From Styela clava (Eukaryota): a DNA stretch of 64,000 nucleotides. The notes below the pieces were generated by a model, which saw only the letters and a list, made by a program, of their open reading frames with translations, was not told the DNA's origin and ran no database searches. Where the stretch lies: contig NC_135251.1 in assembly GCF_964204865.1 (NCBI RefSeq), forward strand, positions 22,010,001-22,074,000. The letters are read 5' to 3'. Numbering within the stretch: the stretch's first letter is position 1; the number at the start of each line of letters is the position of its first letter. Shown here in pieces: positions 13,101-25,580 of this stretch. The translations under genes and the position numbers were made by a program.

Positions 13101-16100
13101 TTATTTAAACGAGAATTAATAATTTAAGATAGTCTGTAACATGTTATCCTGATCACTAAATTATTATACTCATGTTATTTTTGACAGCCTGTGCTTTTGG
13201 TAATTAATATCATGCTAACTAACGTTGAAATCTGGAGGTTTAGTCCTTACGCCTGTGATTAAATTCATAAATTCCTCATTACTCAAATTCAGTTATTTCA
13301 AATAATCACAAAAAAAAATATTCTGAAGGACAATTATTCTTACCATCATAGGCTCCAGTGAGCATGCGTGTACCGGTCTCATCAACGCCAGAAGCAGTTA
13401 CTTCGATTCCTAAGCCATGAGCTTCTAATATTTGATACATTTGTCTTCCGCTGTCAATTTCCCAAACCTTTGGGGTAAGCAAGATTATCTTATTACAAGA
13501 TTACAGGTATAGAACTTCCGAAGATTTAAAATTTCTACTAGTCTGTATTACTATCATTACAGATTCTTATGAAATATTCGTTGAATTGAATACGGCTGCG
13601 AATTGAAAGGAAAATTTGATCAGTTACACGAATCGTTCACACACATCCCAGGGAGTCCCAATGTAATATGGATCAATGTAATATACCCGTCTATGATACT
13701 TTCTCATCTTTAGTTAAAGAAAATTGGAAATAGATTAGCTCACTAGTGAAAAAAGAATGCAATTTCTGTCCTAATTACAACAACATGAGCACCTCCAAGA
13801 ATAACAAATTAGCACGATCTATAACCGAATCCCATGAAATTTTATCGTCTGTGATTATGCAAATACGGTATGCATAAAATTATCAAAAACTATAGCCATA
13901 TTCGATACAAAGTCATACAATAACTCGTAAAAGTTTAACAGTTTGGTATACAAGTCGACCCGCTCTCGGCGCGCTAAAATCTTTCTAAATTCTAAAATTT
14001 ACTCACTTTGACGATTGATTCTGAACATGCAGTGATAACTTGATCCATTGGTTTATTTTTAACAACAAGAGTTAGCGGATGATCATGGGTGTGAGGTACA
14101 GACATCGTATCTTGAACACTTCGTGTCATTGGCCACAAGTCTATACTGCTTGAACCTAAAAATGAACGTCTGAACTACCGATTGTAGTACTAAATAACTA
14201 GGAAGCAATATAAAGAGAACGTTTGAGTCACTTGAATTCTTTGTGAAATTTGCAATTAATTTGCAGTTTGCAACTGTTGTGGCTCTCATAACTCGAAATC
14301 ACAAAAATTTTCTTAAAAGTGAAGACTTTGATTTTTAAATATAGCACGGTGATAGTTGGAAGCAACGATCATGAAATTGTTATATTATGTTGGAATAAGC
14401 TTAAGAGGAGTACAAGAGAATTGTAATGCGAATCGCATGAAAAAACTAACCTGTGAATAGTCTGTCATGTCGGCTGTCGAACAGCAAGCAAGATATTCTC
14501 TTGTCTCCTGACCTCTGTTCTGTATCGGTGAACACCTGGTTATACAAGATAATTTGATAATTAATAGTAATTACATCAACCCAATCTCATAAAGAGTCAG
14601 TCTATTTCTTAGTGAATCAAGAATAAATAAATGAGCTAAATGACGGATAGCCAGTGTTCGCGAATATTATCCTATTGGCGTATACGCGTTCTTCAGGGGG
14701 CTAGTATTGCCATTTATGAATTTAGCGACTGAACAGTGAAGTAAGGTAGAGTTAGGAATAGCCATTATATATTAGATCAAGGTGTGCAATTTTTGACGTC
14801 ATTACGCACAAAGCGCACATTTTTGAAAGAAATAATAGCCTTCTTTCACCACTGAAAATATCAAAGCAATTGGTCCAGTAATTAATGAAAAAGGCGATTT
14901 TTTTCTGAACAATAAGAAGGAAAATACAAACAAGAACAACATAAAAACAAAACGATCCATATGTACATTTCGTGTCCAAAAATTATTCCATCCGAATATG
15001 TGCAATGGTATATGGTTGCCTCAAGAAGTCTGACCTCCGCCAGACGAAACGTTACAGAAAGAAATTTTGGTTAGTGTACAGAGGAATGACTCTTGATTCC
15101 CATTCGACCGTATCCGATTTGGCGCGACAATTTGTTTTGAATTCCGTGTCCATATATTTGAGCATCGCTCTCTTGTTATCTTGTTATTCTGCTACAGAAC
15201 CGTAACCTTTGTATATATATTCATCCGTACGCATTGGTGGTTGTCGGCTTTATTTGGCGGAATGCTTGAAAAATTATAAATATGTAAAACTACCACATAT
15301 TTTCTATTATGCGTTTATTCAATGGCTTAGATTTGAGAATTGCTTATTCTTGGCATCTTTGTAGACAAGGAAAATATATCACCTTTCTTTATATCAAGTT
15401 TATTGAACAGAATAGGTTGAAAAAAGTACTAAGGATAAAAACAAACAAACTACGATATTTTAGCTAAGAAAAAAAATAAAAAACAAAACAAATGAAATAA
15501 GAAAACAACTAACAAATGAAAATGATTTTTCAGGAGTAAAAATATTATCAACAGAAACATTTTATCGAAAGTTAGAAATGCTCGAACTTGGTATGGAGTA
15601 ATTACAAATTTCTGAATTTATACTTTGATTAATCGAAGTATCTGTGTAAAAGTTATCGATATATTCTAGAATTTCTTGGAAGTCGACGTCTATATCTTCG
15701 TTGTTTTCGGACATGATGTCATCGCTTGATTCTTTGCCATTCAAATCGGCTCCTTCATTTTGATCCTTCACAACTTTTGTCAAGTATGAAATATAAGAAA
15801 TCGCGCATCGCAAAACTGAAATTTTAGAGATTTTTTCTCCCTGTTGTCTCGGCAACCAATCATACGGAAGATGATCACGTAAAACATGAAGCTGTTTCGT
15901 AACAATTTGAACACGTTTCTTTTCTCGTTGGCTTGCGATTGTTCTTTTTGATGTGAGATGTCGATTTTCACATATAGCGTTGTTTAATGCGTATGGATGC
16001 TGTCTCGATCTCTCTTTTGTGGAGAATTTTCCGTTCAATTTGCATTGTTGATTTTTTGGAGTCGTGAATGGAATATTTTCGTTGTTAACTCCTGTAGATT

Positions 16101-19100
16101 GGCATCGATATTTCACACTTCGTGGATCACCTGATTTCATTGGAGCGGAAACTATCTGCCCGAAAAACTCGTGGCTTTGACTTTGAAATTCTCTGCAGTT
16201 GACAGATCTATTCAACACATTCTGGCCTGTAAAGATGTTCATTGTGGAACGATGTAGTATAGCAATCAGTTTTCAAATAGACAAGGTTATTAAATTTCAG
16301 CAAACTCTCTTTCGGAACAATCGAATAATGAGATTCCTTGGAATCCAAATAGGACAAACTACATTGATAATTCATTCTGGGATGAGTTTATATATTCTCG
16401 TTTCCATACAATTAATTAAATTTTAGCAAGATGTTTTTTCGTAACGCGATGAAGAATATTTCACTCATTTTTCCTGCTACTTTAGCTGCCAAATCGGAAA
16501 CGTTCGTAATACACAAACCCACAATTAATGAATTTTTGTGTCGTGTTGTATCTTGCCTGATCCGTATAATAAGGTAATTTTCGAACTACGATTTATCTAC
16601 AATCAACAATGACTCGTGTGTGATCACTTCACTGATTTCTGATAAGAAAAAGACTAATTCCGTCGGTGTGAAAAGGTGTGAATACTCCTTTGGGTTCCGA
16701 TTTTGATAACGCATTGATGCTCCGCTCGACCAGATAAGATAGATAAATTACATCTCCCAGTTCCGATTCCAATAAAATCAGTCAGAAAGTGCAAAATTAA
16801 ATGCATTAAACATCGTATCAAACTTGTAGCAGCGCACTTTGAGACAATTTTAATAAATCATATGTAAAAAAGTATACCGAAAATTAAAACCTAACCCTTA
16901 TACGTATCACACATTAGTAATGTTCATCACGTTAGTAGGAGACAAGTAACTCGAATGGACAGTGTCACACACATCTTCAGTCTCTTGTCCAAGATGTGGC
17001 ATCTGGTCACTGACGTAACAAAGCATCGATTATTTTCATGGAAATTATTTTATTGAATCAATCAAAAATTACCTGTAAGCAGCTTAGTGTATGTATGTCC
17101 CAGACTCTAAAAACGCGAGCGGTAGATAAGCTGATAATATGCCTATCTTTATCGTTGATAACCACCGCTATTATTGTAAACAAGTGTCCCATCATTTTAC
17201 CAGTTGGCCTCGTGAGAATGGTTGGGTGCCAAACTCGGATAATTTTGTCGACTCCACCTAAAAAAATAAAACAGGTTTTGTGAATTACTGATATAATTTG
17301 CATTGTTGGTTCATACTGAATATGTGATCTTATCAGATTTTTGTATCTGATGACAATATCAAATCATCACTGCGAGATTTATGTTCTATATATTTACCTA
17401 TAAAATGCCACCAACTGAAAATACTGAATGGATGTTCTTTTTCTTCACATTGCTGTATTTTATACCAACAACAGGGGTACCCATTCTTCCCCATCATCTA
17501 TCTATATGGTCATTACATATGCTTGATTAGAAATCAGTATTCTACAGTGATTTCAAAATTAAAAATCATCTTTCATGTCTTATCTATATTTCTATATCCC
17601 GCAGGGGTGGGTTTTAGTCCCCATGAACATTATTTTATAATAAAAAATGAATTTCAAAAATCTATTTACGTTTTATGCTTAAATAGTTAAGTGTTTTTAA
17701 ATATACCGCTTTCCTTTAGAAAAGAAAAAAACTTGATCACAGGTTACAAAAACCAATTAGATTTAAGCAAAACTACACGAAAATAAAATCGTTCGTTACC
17801 TGTTGCAAAAATATTGGACTTTTCTGAATAAGCAAATGCGTTCACACCTCGTGTAATCGTCAATTCACTGACTGGTCTAAAAAATAGTAAAGAACCAAAA
17901 TAGTATCAACATCGGGTGACGAAGTTGAGAAGATGATCTGATCGAACCACCACAATATATAAACTCGGACAAATCCTAAGTTTAGCCTTATATCAATAAT
18001 TTAATCGTATACTTGATCAGAAACGGTGCATGATTTATAACCAGAAGCCTCGATTCACCATAAGGATAAGCTGTTTTGTCGAATTCCGGGTAAATTTGAT
18101 ATATATATATATATCACATCTCCCGCACATCTTATTGTGTTTACAAATAAAAAAAAAACGTATATATATATGAACATTATATATATTAAAACAAATTTCT
18201 CGCACAAATGTTTGTGGTAATGCTTACTGTGTATCAAAAAGTCTTCCCTTCTCCGCAATAACAAACGATGTTTTATCACTTGGCGAACACGACGCAAAGG
18301 ATTTTAATTCAGGAATATATTCAATCTTCAACACCCAATCTGGATGAAATTTTCTTCGAATAATGGGTCTGAAAATATATTAAAAAAAAAAAGATTTATC
18401 TCACACATACATATAGCGTAACTGACAAATTATCTCAATGATATTATCGTACTCATACCAAAAGTTGATATGACTCAATCAAATTCATTTTGAGTTCAAC
18501 CCCTGAATTACCAATACGTATGTTATATACTCTCAAAAATATGATCATGATATGATTCATATCCGAACTTGAATCGTGGCAGCATTGCACCTTCACAGGA
18601 AACGAGGTCAGTCGATAAATTTCCACCCTTCTGCATCGTACTGTTTTAGGACGTATTGCTTGAATATCGCAAATAACAGAATCAAATTTTGTAATGGAAC
18701 TGATCAGGAAAGGTTAGCTTCAGATTTTTATTTAAGTTTTTGAGGGACAGTTGTATGAGCAAAAATATGAATCGACACGAATTCAATATTTTTCAAATTT
18801 AAATTTTAAAAGTTGCTTCTGTAATTTATTGTGCTTTACTCACAACATCAGATTCATTGGATCGATTACTTGACTCATCATCGCACGTTTGGGATCTTTA
18901 TTTGTACTTGCAGCAAAATCATTCGGCGTCAGACGAACAAGATTAACATATCCTAGTCGAAAAATAACACATTTTAATAAGCTATGCTAAAAATATTACA
19001 ACACAAAAGGATTTCAATTTTGATGAACGTTCTAACATTGGACGTTATTTTGGCATCTTGAATACGCCTTCATACGAGTTACAACATTTTGTGGTAAATT

Positions 19101-22100
19101 GTTGAACAGAATCTAACGTTGTAAAGAAGTAGAGATTATAATCGATAAGAGCGATGATAAGTAAAAAAAGTAAAGTTTAAGTATATAAATTAATAAAACT
19201 TATAGTTTACATTTGATAACAGAATCCCGAGATGATTCAGTTGGATAAGGTATTTCATCTATAGCGACATTGACAAACACGAGTATATAATACACACATT
19301 TTCTAAGTTGTGTCGGTAATTAATACTGCAAAACCGATATTAAAAATTCGTGACAACCACACATGTGATAGACTTGTTTTAAACAAAATTTGAAGAATAC
19401 CCCAATTTCAGAAAAAGAAAATAAATACCTGCGTCATCGCCAATGAGTACTGAATCCGTGTGATCATCTTCAGGGGGAAGAAGACACATACATTGGGGCG
19501 AGTGTTCCAGTGGCTTTATAACATAGATACTAGATTGGTTATTTGCTTTTGTTCTGTGATCCCAAATAACGATTGTTCGTTCTGTTGTTGCCTAAAACAC
19601 ACGGAAATGTCACAATAAAATTTAACGAGTGAAAGAAATTAAAAAACTGTCTATTCACTTACTATTACTTTTCGAAGTCTTGGTAAATATTCGCAACTAG
19701 TCATCCACGCTGGTTCCTGAAATATACTTGTGTGTTAGTAAAGTAAGTGGAATGATGATAAAACGATGTTTTGAACAACATCATAGTTTAGGAGTGTACA
19801 TCGCCGCGGTCGTAGGACAACTAATATTACATATATAGCCAAAAAGTAGTATTTGTCGTACTTACGTTAACATCGATGCAATTTTGCAGACGCAACTAAA
19901 ACATAAACAACATCAAATTACAATTCATTAACTTCTGAATAAAAGTGTAACATTTAATGAAAAAGCAAATTAGAATAGTAAATTATAAAGAAAAGTGAAA
20001 TGTGAATTTTTGCATTATAAATCTAGTTTCTAAAATTTTCTAATCTAAAATTTTTTCCAGTTCTGTATAAATGTTGCGTTTATTTTCGAGTGAATAATAT
20101 ATTGCATTAAATACTGTACTGTTGAAAGTACGGAATGGCTAAATTGGCATAATGAAGCTTTTTGGTAATATGGTTAAGAAAAATATAGAAAAAGGAATGA
20201 TAAAACAATGAAATGTTTTACAAAGGATTTACGTGATAGGCATTTATTGGTAATTTCAAATTATTCGAGAGTAAAATATCACTGATAGCATGTATGACAA
20301 AATACGAGGCCCACATAATTGACCAGTTTGTTAATTTTTCAGCAGTTCATACACGTGTGATATTATATATGCTATGTTTGACATGAGACAAAATTTTTAT
20401 ATAAAGATGTGATCGCGTTGAGTTTTTGTTTCACTTCCTATAGAAAATACCTTTCCATTATAAATAGAAATAGCTCCTTTCTGTGACGCAGTGACAAATA
20501 AATCGTATTCTGGAGAATATGAAATACACTGAATTATATCTCGACGTTTCTTGTCACCTGTATCGATAAAATGATGAGAAAATTTGTTGAAGGCAAACAT
20601 ACAGTATTATTTAGACAAAAATTGATGTGTAATATTATCATTAGTATGATAAAATAGGTAGCAAAATATCCTACTCTATCTTCCGATAAATTGAATTGTA
20701 ATTGCAATGGTAATCGAATTTTCAAGAGAAATGTTTCAATACCTGCCGCTTCTCCAATTTTCTTTCTTTTCGAAACAGTGAAAACGCTGATTTCATCAGA
20801 ATTGTCCGTCTCTTCATTTTCTGCTTGGAAGTATCCAAACACCTTTTAAAAATTAAGTGTGTGATGTGAGTGTGACTAACAATGAGTATATATGTAATTA
20901 TTGGTACTTGGTGGTTCAGAACCTTTGAATCAGACTTTGACAACTTCTTTTTCATAACATTTCATCGGAATAAATATAATCCGGCAGGCAATGATGAACC
21001 CCCTTAAGAGTGCAGATAATTGTTTTCTATGATGAGCAAATGCAGAAAGTATTCTCTTATTCAATTTAGTTTTATATGTTCTTGGTATATACAAAAAAGG
21101 CGGTAGAAATTGTGGGTGATTATTACCTCACTCCAATCAATCTTAACTTCTGGATTCGTGCTAATTTTACGAAAAATCGCCTTCATGTCTTCCGTTTTTA
21201 TATCCGGTCCAAAACACAATCGGATGTTTTCACAGAAAGGTTCGTATCGAAGTGTTTCTGAAAATTAAATACGAAAAGCAATGCGTTTTAAAGCAGCGTA
21301 TAGTATATATTATTACGGACTTGAATGAAAAAAAAACGCGATGATGTGATACAATCTGAAATTGTTTAACCAATCAGCCATCGGCATTAGACATCAGAGC
21401 ACCAATTTCGTAAAAAGATAGGCAGACAAGCGATACGGTCGATTAAATTAAATCGGGAAAATTTTGTATGAAATATCGGGTACAATAAGACTCAAAGGAA
21501 ATCAAGAAAGAAAAATAATAGCCTTCTAGCGGGATCAATCATCTTTGAGTAATGAAAATTTGAAATCAAGAACAATAATTTGGCACAGCAATCCATATGT
21601 GTCCGTTGGCCGAATTAAATATCTCAATTATTAAATATCTATACTCTATATACTAAAGTGTTCACGTATAAAAGTTTCCTCAGTGGTATTAAAACAGCAG
21701 TGAATTGTTACGAAAGATTTCCATTCAAGCAATACAGAAGTGTTCAACATAACTTTTGATATCCAATATTTGCTCTGACGACAATACTTTTGATTTGATA
21801 CTCGTTCGCGGGCCCATAAAGTGTCAAACAAGGATAGGGCTATTCAAAATCTTTTAATTGTTAAGTATTTTGTTCAAACATGAATGGATGATAAATAGTA
21901 ACTTGCAATTGCAATATAGAGTGGACGTTTCATGGCCATCTATGATAGATTGTAAAAGTATTGTTTGATGTTAAACTATATATGGTTTCTCCATAAAATT
22001 TAAAAGCCCGTATCTTCGATCTATTTAAAAAGCCATTCTAGTGTTTGATTTTCGGACTCTTACTCCTTTTTACTGTTTAGAATACATGCTTTTGACGTTG

Positions 22101-22527
22101 ATTCTGAACAGAAAACTTAAATACTTCTGGCGCCACCGGTAATGATATCTTTCTAACTCTTTTGTTGTCAAACATGGATAGAGTTTGTGGTGGAATATTT
22201 AAATACAAAACATAATCCTGTGGAATATCTTTTTCCATAAATAGCACTAAGCTCCTGGTAAAATACCCATTGGAGCATGGAGTTACGGAATTCGATCGTT
22301 GCAGTGGTCGTAATCAATTAATCTTCTAATTATACATTTTCTGATATATATAAATGAATCACATTTATCTCACCATTTATTTTCTGTCTTTTTTCATCAA
22401 CACTTGCATCCGAATCCTGCATAGTAACTTCAGCAATGTATTCTTCGAACATTTCCAAATCTCTTTGAAAACTAGTCATTGAAAGCGGACGGACCAATGG
22501 CTCTTGCTGGTCCATTGTAGTCGCCAT
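4105..22527 (-). CDS. WDR64: WD repeat-containing protein 64-like, ~28 exons
   Basis: Spliced exons with GT-AG ends read MATTMDQQEPLVRPLSMTSFQRDLEMFEE (22527-22374), LRYEPFCENIRLCFGPDIKTEDMKAIFRKISTNPEVKIDWSE (21257-21127), VFGYFQAE (20842-20743), DKKRRDIIQCISYSPEYDLFVTASQKG (20557-20451), ATTERTIVIWDH (19591-19429), RRKFHPDWVLKIEY (18368-18227), GGVDKIIRVWHPTILTRPTGKMMGHLF...RVWDIHTLSCLQ (17257-17073), VFTD (14535-14451), VPHTHD (14156-14007), VWEIDSGRQMYQILEAHG...TGAYDG (13467-13344), KIWEFSSGQEMK (~13064). These match vertebrate WDR64 in order, as recalled. Further exons run down to 5028-4893 and 4505-4305. The last exon (4125-4105) is tentative. Confidence 0.85.
5494..6963. mobile_element. 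non-autonomous hAT (Charlie/Buster-like) element in a WDR64 intron
   Basis: Ends CAGGGATTCTCAAA.../...TTTGAGAACCTATG with subterminal GCGGAGCCC motifs. Perfect 8-bp TSD CTGTAGAG (5486-5493, 6964-6971). Confidence 0.88.
6576..6836 (+). mobile_element. DINE-1/HINE-like (Helentron-associated) repeat nested in the hAT element
   Basis: Subterminal ATCGATCTTAAGATCG-type palindromes, (CTGT)n microsatellite, core ATATCTCG...AAATTTTGCA and a 3' hairpin. Inverted copy at 50380-50652. Confidence 0.7.
8589..8618 (-). ncRNA. minimal hammerhead ribozyme-like motif (copy A)
   Basis: Minus strand CUGAAGA-A-GUCUGACC-UU-GGUCAGGC-GAAA: intact core boxes and stem II; stems I/III are degenerate. Confidence 0.55.
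10506..10693. mobile_element. MITE with internal GGGTTAGGGTTA motif (MULE-like, 8-9 bp TSD)
   Basis: Imperfect TIR with core ACATTTGAACCCA; TSD GTTATTCA on both sides. Family member at 24079. Confidence 0.8.
11256..11467. mobile_element. degenerate hAT MITE
   Basis: CAGTGGTCGGCAAC start, ...AAACCACCG end; flanks GCTTAGAG/GTTTAGAC (2 mismatches). Confidence 0.45.
15016..15057 (+). ncRNA. minimal hammerhead ribozyme-like motif (copy B, core mutated)
   Basis: TTGC-CTCAAGA-A-GTCTG...CAGAC-GAAA-CGTT-ACAG. Confidence 0.45.
15562..16242 (-). CDS. intronless bHLH transcription factor, Mesp/mesogenin-like, nested in a WDR64 intron
   Basis: 226-aa ORF with bHLH domain KRTIASQREKKRVQIVTKQLHVLRDHLP...KISKISVLRCAISYISYL. 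The AS-x-REK-x-R basic motif is typical of Mesp/Msgn. Acidic C-terminus. Lies inside intron 14536-17072. bHLH call is firm; the Mesp orthology is moderate. Confidence 0.75.
   Translation of the reverse strand: MNIFTGQNVLNRSVNCREFQSQSHEFFGQIVSAPMKSGDPRSVKYRCQSTGVNNENIPFTTPKNQQCKLNGKFSTKERSRQHPYALNNAICENRHLTSKRTIASQREKKRVQIVTKQLHVLRDHLPYDWLPRQQGEKISKISVLRCAISYISYLTKVVKDQNEGADLNGKESSDDIMSENNEDIDVDFQEILEYIDNFYTDTSINQSINSEICNYSIPSSSISNFR
16387..16394 (-). promoter_or_regulatory. TATA box of the bHLH gene
   Basis: TATATAAA on the minus strand ~145 bp upstream of the ATG at 16242. Confidence 0.5.
16665..16682. promoter_or_regulatory. tandem T-box (Tbx6-type) half sites
   Basis: GGTGTGAA (16665-16672) and AGGTGTGAA (16674-16682), 10-bp period, ~430 bp upstream of the bHLH ATG. 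TAAT/ATTA homeodomain cores nearby (e.g. 16410-16419, 16522-16529, 16655). Confidence 0.5.
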
Positions 22528-24078
22528 TTCTAGCAGCCTGTAAGCAGCACTAATACTGGTCAAAACTCCACTGATACGAATTAAAATTCTAATTCATAGG
22601 CAGTTAATGTAAAAATTTTCTACATCCACGCCAGACCTACAATATATATACGTTTGACATAAGATGCCCGTTTTAGTAACGACCAAAGGACTAGCACTCA
22701 TTATAATATTTGACACTTGGAAACGCCGAACATTAAGAGTAATTGTTTGTCGCGCGACTGAACAACAAGGTATCATATCTTTTGTGCGTAATTATGTGTG
22801 GAATCGCTTTCAAAAACAAACACTTCGAAGAATGAAATCGATACTTTTACGCGTATGTCCCGAATTTAATACTGATGAGGCTACATATAGTTGTAGCATC
22901 GCAAATTTATAAAACAGTAGGTACTTATACTCTCGTATCTAAACAACCGACTACTTCTAAGCAATAACTGACTATAAATTTCGGAGTATTAGTTATAATG
23001 TTGTCGTGAGTCGGAAACGAATGCTGCATAATTCAGCTTGCTGATGGAGATGTTTCAAAAAACTTTGTCACTCACAAAAAGCAGTACTTGTCTCACAAAA
23101 TATATTTCATTTCTGAAAACTTTATGCTTTTGTTCAAAGAATAACTTTCATCTAAAGAGGGTATATTTCCCCCTCCTAAGCAACACCTCTAATAAATCTA
23201 ATATATAACTTTCGGAACGTAAAATATGATGCTGTCGTCGTCTAAAACAAACAAAAAAAAACATGAACGGGTTCACTGATTTCAATTTCATGTCATTTAA
23301 GTTCGGGCGCACCCTTTCTTGAAATACCACGATACGAAGCGAACTTGATTCAGACATCAGGCGACTGCAGCAAATGGGTAAAGTGCATCGCAGCTGACGA
23401 CTCGCGTTATATTTGGCATTATTAGATTAACGTAAAACATGCCGTGTTAATGCAGCTCATGTAGTGACATATATTTTATGAAATAAGGGAACCTGTTTTT
23501 GACGAGTTCGATACAAAAGAGAACCCGTTCGTAAAATTTTGAATCTTACCCACTGGTTATAATCCTACTAAAAAGTTACCCCTCAAAAAAGCGTTACCCC
23601 TATCTGTGCCCTTTAAACGGGATTATAACGTCCAAACGCCATTGATTGATTTTTGACTGGTTGGAAAAAATAAACTTGACTTATTATCTCTTGGTTGAGA
23701 TTATCTTTTTATGAAATCCGATACAAAAAGAAGCGGAAATTAATAATATGTTATGGAATGATAATATAGTAAAATACAATTGACGCAAAGCCCCAATGTA
23801 ACGACAGTAGACGTGTAAATATCTTCCTCCGACAATACCTTTTGGCAATCTTATATTTTGTACGTTGTAAACCTTATCCAAGGTTTTTTTTTACTCTCCT
23901 GATTTCATAATCAGTTTTTATTTATTTTGTTTTTATCAACCGTTTTATCGCCTTTATGCTGATTATGGAGTCGAAATAAACTTATCTTTATCTAATGCGG
24001 CAAAATTTGTTTGCGTGCCACTGCCATTCCACTTTGTTTTCATATTCTACCTACGTGTTCGACAATATGCATTTTATT

Positions 24079-24340
24079 GGTGACCGTACATTTGAACCCA
24101 TGTGTATATCCGCGGGTTCAATCTATATGCGGGTGCTAAAACCCACGGGTTAGGGTTACATTTGACATGACCGTACATTTGAACCCATGTGTATATCCGC
24201 GGGTTCAATCTATATGCGGGTGCTAAAACTCACGGGTTAGGGTTATAGTATGGGTTCAAATATCCGCAGAACAAAATTTTTTTTTATAGGTGTAATAGTA
24301 TGCAGGTGCAATGGTCATGGGTTCAAATGTAATGGAACCC
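24079..24340. mobile_element. same MITE family, with an internal 87-bp tandem duplication
   Basis: TSD (C)ATTTTATT on both sides; left arm repeated at 24081 and 24168. Confidence 0.85.
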
Positions 24341-24525
24341 ATTTTATTACATCAGGCTGATACAAATCAAGCGACATGACTTATAGTCCGGCAGAATCGG
24401 GCCTTAACATTGTTTTGGGAAATAAACTTTTTTTATTGTTTAGATATATTGTATATGACATATATAATGATACCCAGGTGAGTGTGGAGTATATAATGTT
24501 GAGCAATTTTTTTTAAGTGGATTTA

Positions 24526-24615
24526 AAGTATTCGGTCCAAGATGACGCACATCCTGAACCCTAACCTGGTAAACATACAATGCTCAGGTTGTGCGCCATC
24601 TTGGTACGAATACTT
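24526..24615. repeat. short palindromic MITE (related copy ~26967-27040)
   Basis: Inverted arms aagtattcggtccaagatgacgcacatcctga / tcaggttgtgcgccatcttggtacgaatactt around an ACCCTAACC-containing loop. Confidence 0.65.
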
Positions 24616-25361
24616 CAGGAGCGCCTTTTTGTTAAAAACAATTATTTCATAACTACATGGTTTAGTTTTGCATACATAGTAACATTGAATCTCCTTACAA
24701 TGTCAGAAATTCAATTTTGGTAGAATAAATGGTAGTTTATGTCACTACTACAAGCCAAGATACATCGACAGCATCTAGCCACTTTCTATTGCGCTCTTCA
24801 AACTACATTTGCGTTGCCGCGCGTATTCGTTTTCCTAGTTTAAGCTTAGGGAAATATTTTATTAGTTGAATTGGATTGGAATATTTGACCTCGTCTTTCA
24901 CTCCGAACAAGGCCATGTAAAACCATCCACTGGTATCTAAAGATGTGTAACGTGTTTTCTTTTGGAGGAACTGCAACCTTTCAGTGCTGCATTGACTTTG
25001 ACAAAATTAATATATCCTTGTGGAGATAGAAGGTATGCGTATGCGAAACCGAGATGTGCACCTGTTATGCAAACATAGTTGAGTCAAACGTTTTGAATAC
25101 TAGTACATCACACACATTTTCCTGCGTGCTTCGGTTGTACGTAGTAACGCGCACATTTTTGCGCACATGCATTAAATTCCACTTGATTATTGAGCTATAG
25201 GTTTTTGACGAGCTTTTGTGTATGATTTCAATCTATAGAATTTGTATGCTGTTCTAAAGAATACTAGTTTCAGCTTTTTCATTCATTCAAACCGCGTGTT
25301 GAAAGTAAGTTTTGTAATATTGCATGTTGGTTTCCAACATCCTTAAATCGGTGATGCCAGT

Positions 25362-25580
25362 ATTTTGTATGAAATATCATATCTCATAGGATTCATATAA
25401 AATTTAAGAATAAACAAAAGTAATAGCCTTCTAGCGAAAAAATTAATCTTTAACCACTGAAAATTTCAAAGCAATTGGTCCAGTATTCGAAGAGAAAAGC
25501 GACTTTTTAAAAACGTGTCAAAGAACAAGAACAACAACATAATATTGAAACGATCGTTATGTCCACTACGTGTCCAATAA
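25362..25580 (+). repeat. dispersed repeat family (copies also ~14830-14980 and ~21460-21615)
   Basis: Shared taatagccttct...accactgaaaat.tcaaagcaattggtccagta...(AAC/AAG)n...aaacgatc...atgt.ca...cgtgtccaa. Confidence 0.7.

Noticed and set aside
18500-18700. Open stretch in a WDR64 intron as an extra exon
   Set aside because: No WDR64 similarity; flanking exons join in phase without it.
22668-22684. RFX X-box upstream of WDR64 (GTTTTAGTAAC)
   Set aside because: Only a half-site match; too weak to call.
22872-22905. CTGATGA followed by hairpin GCTACA/TGTAGC, a possible hammerhead
   Set aside because: No GAAA box after the stem (ATCGCAAA) and no stem I.
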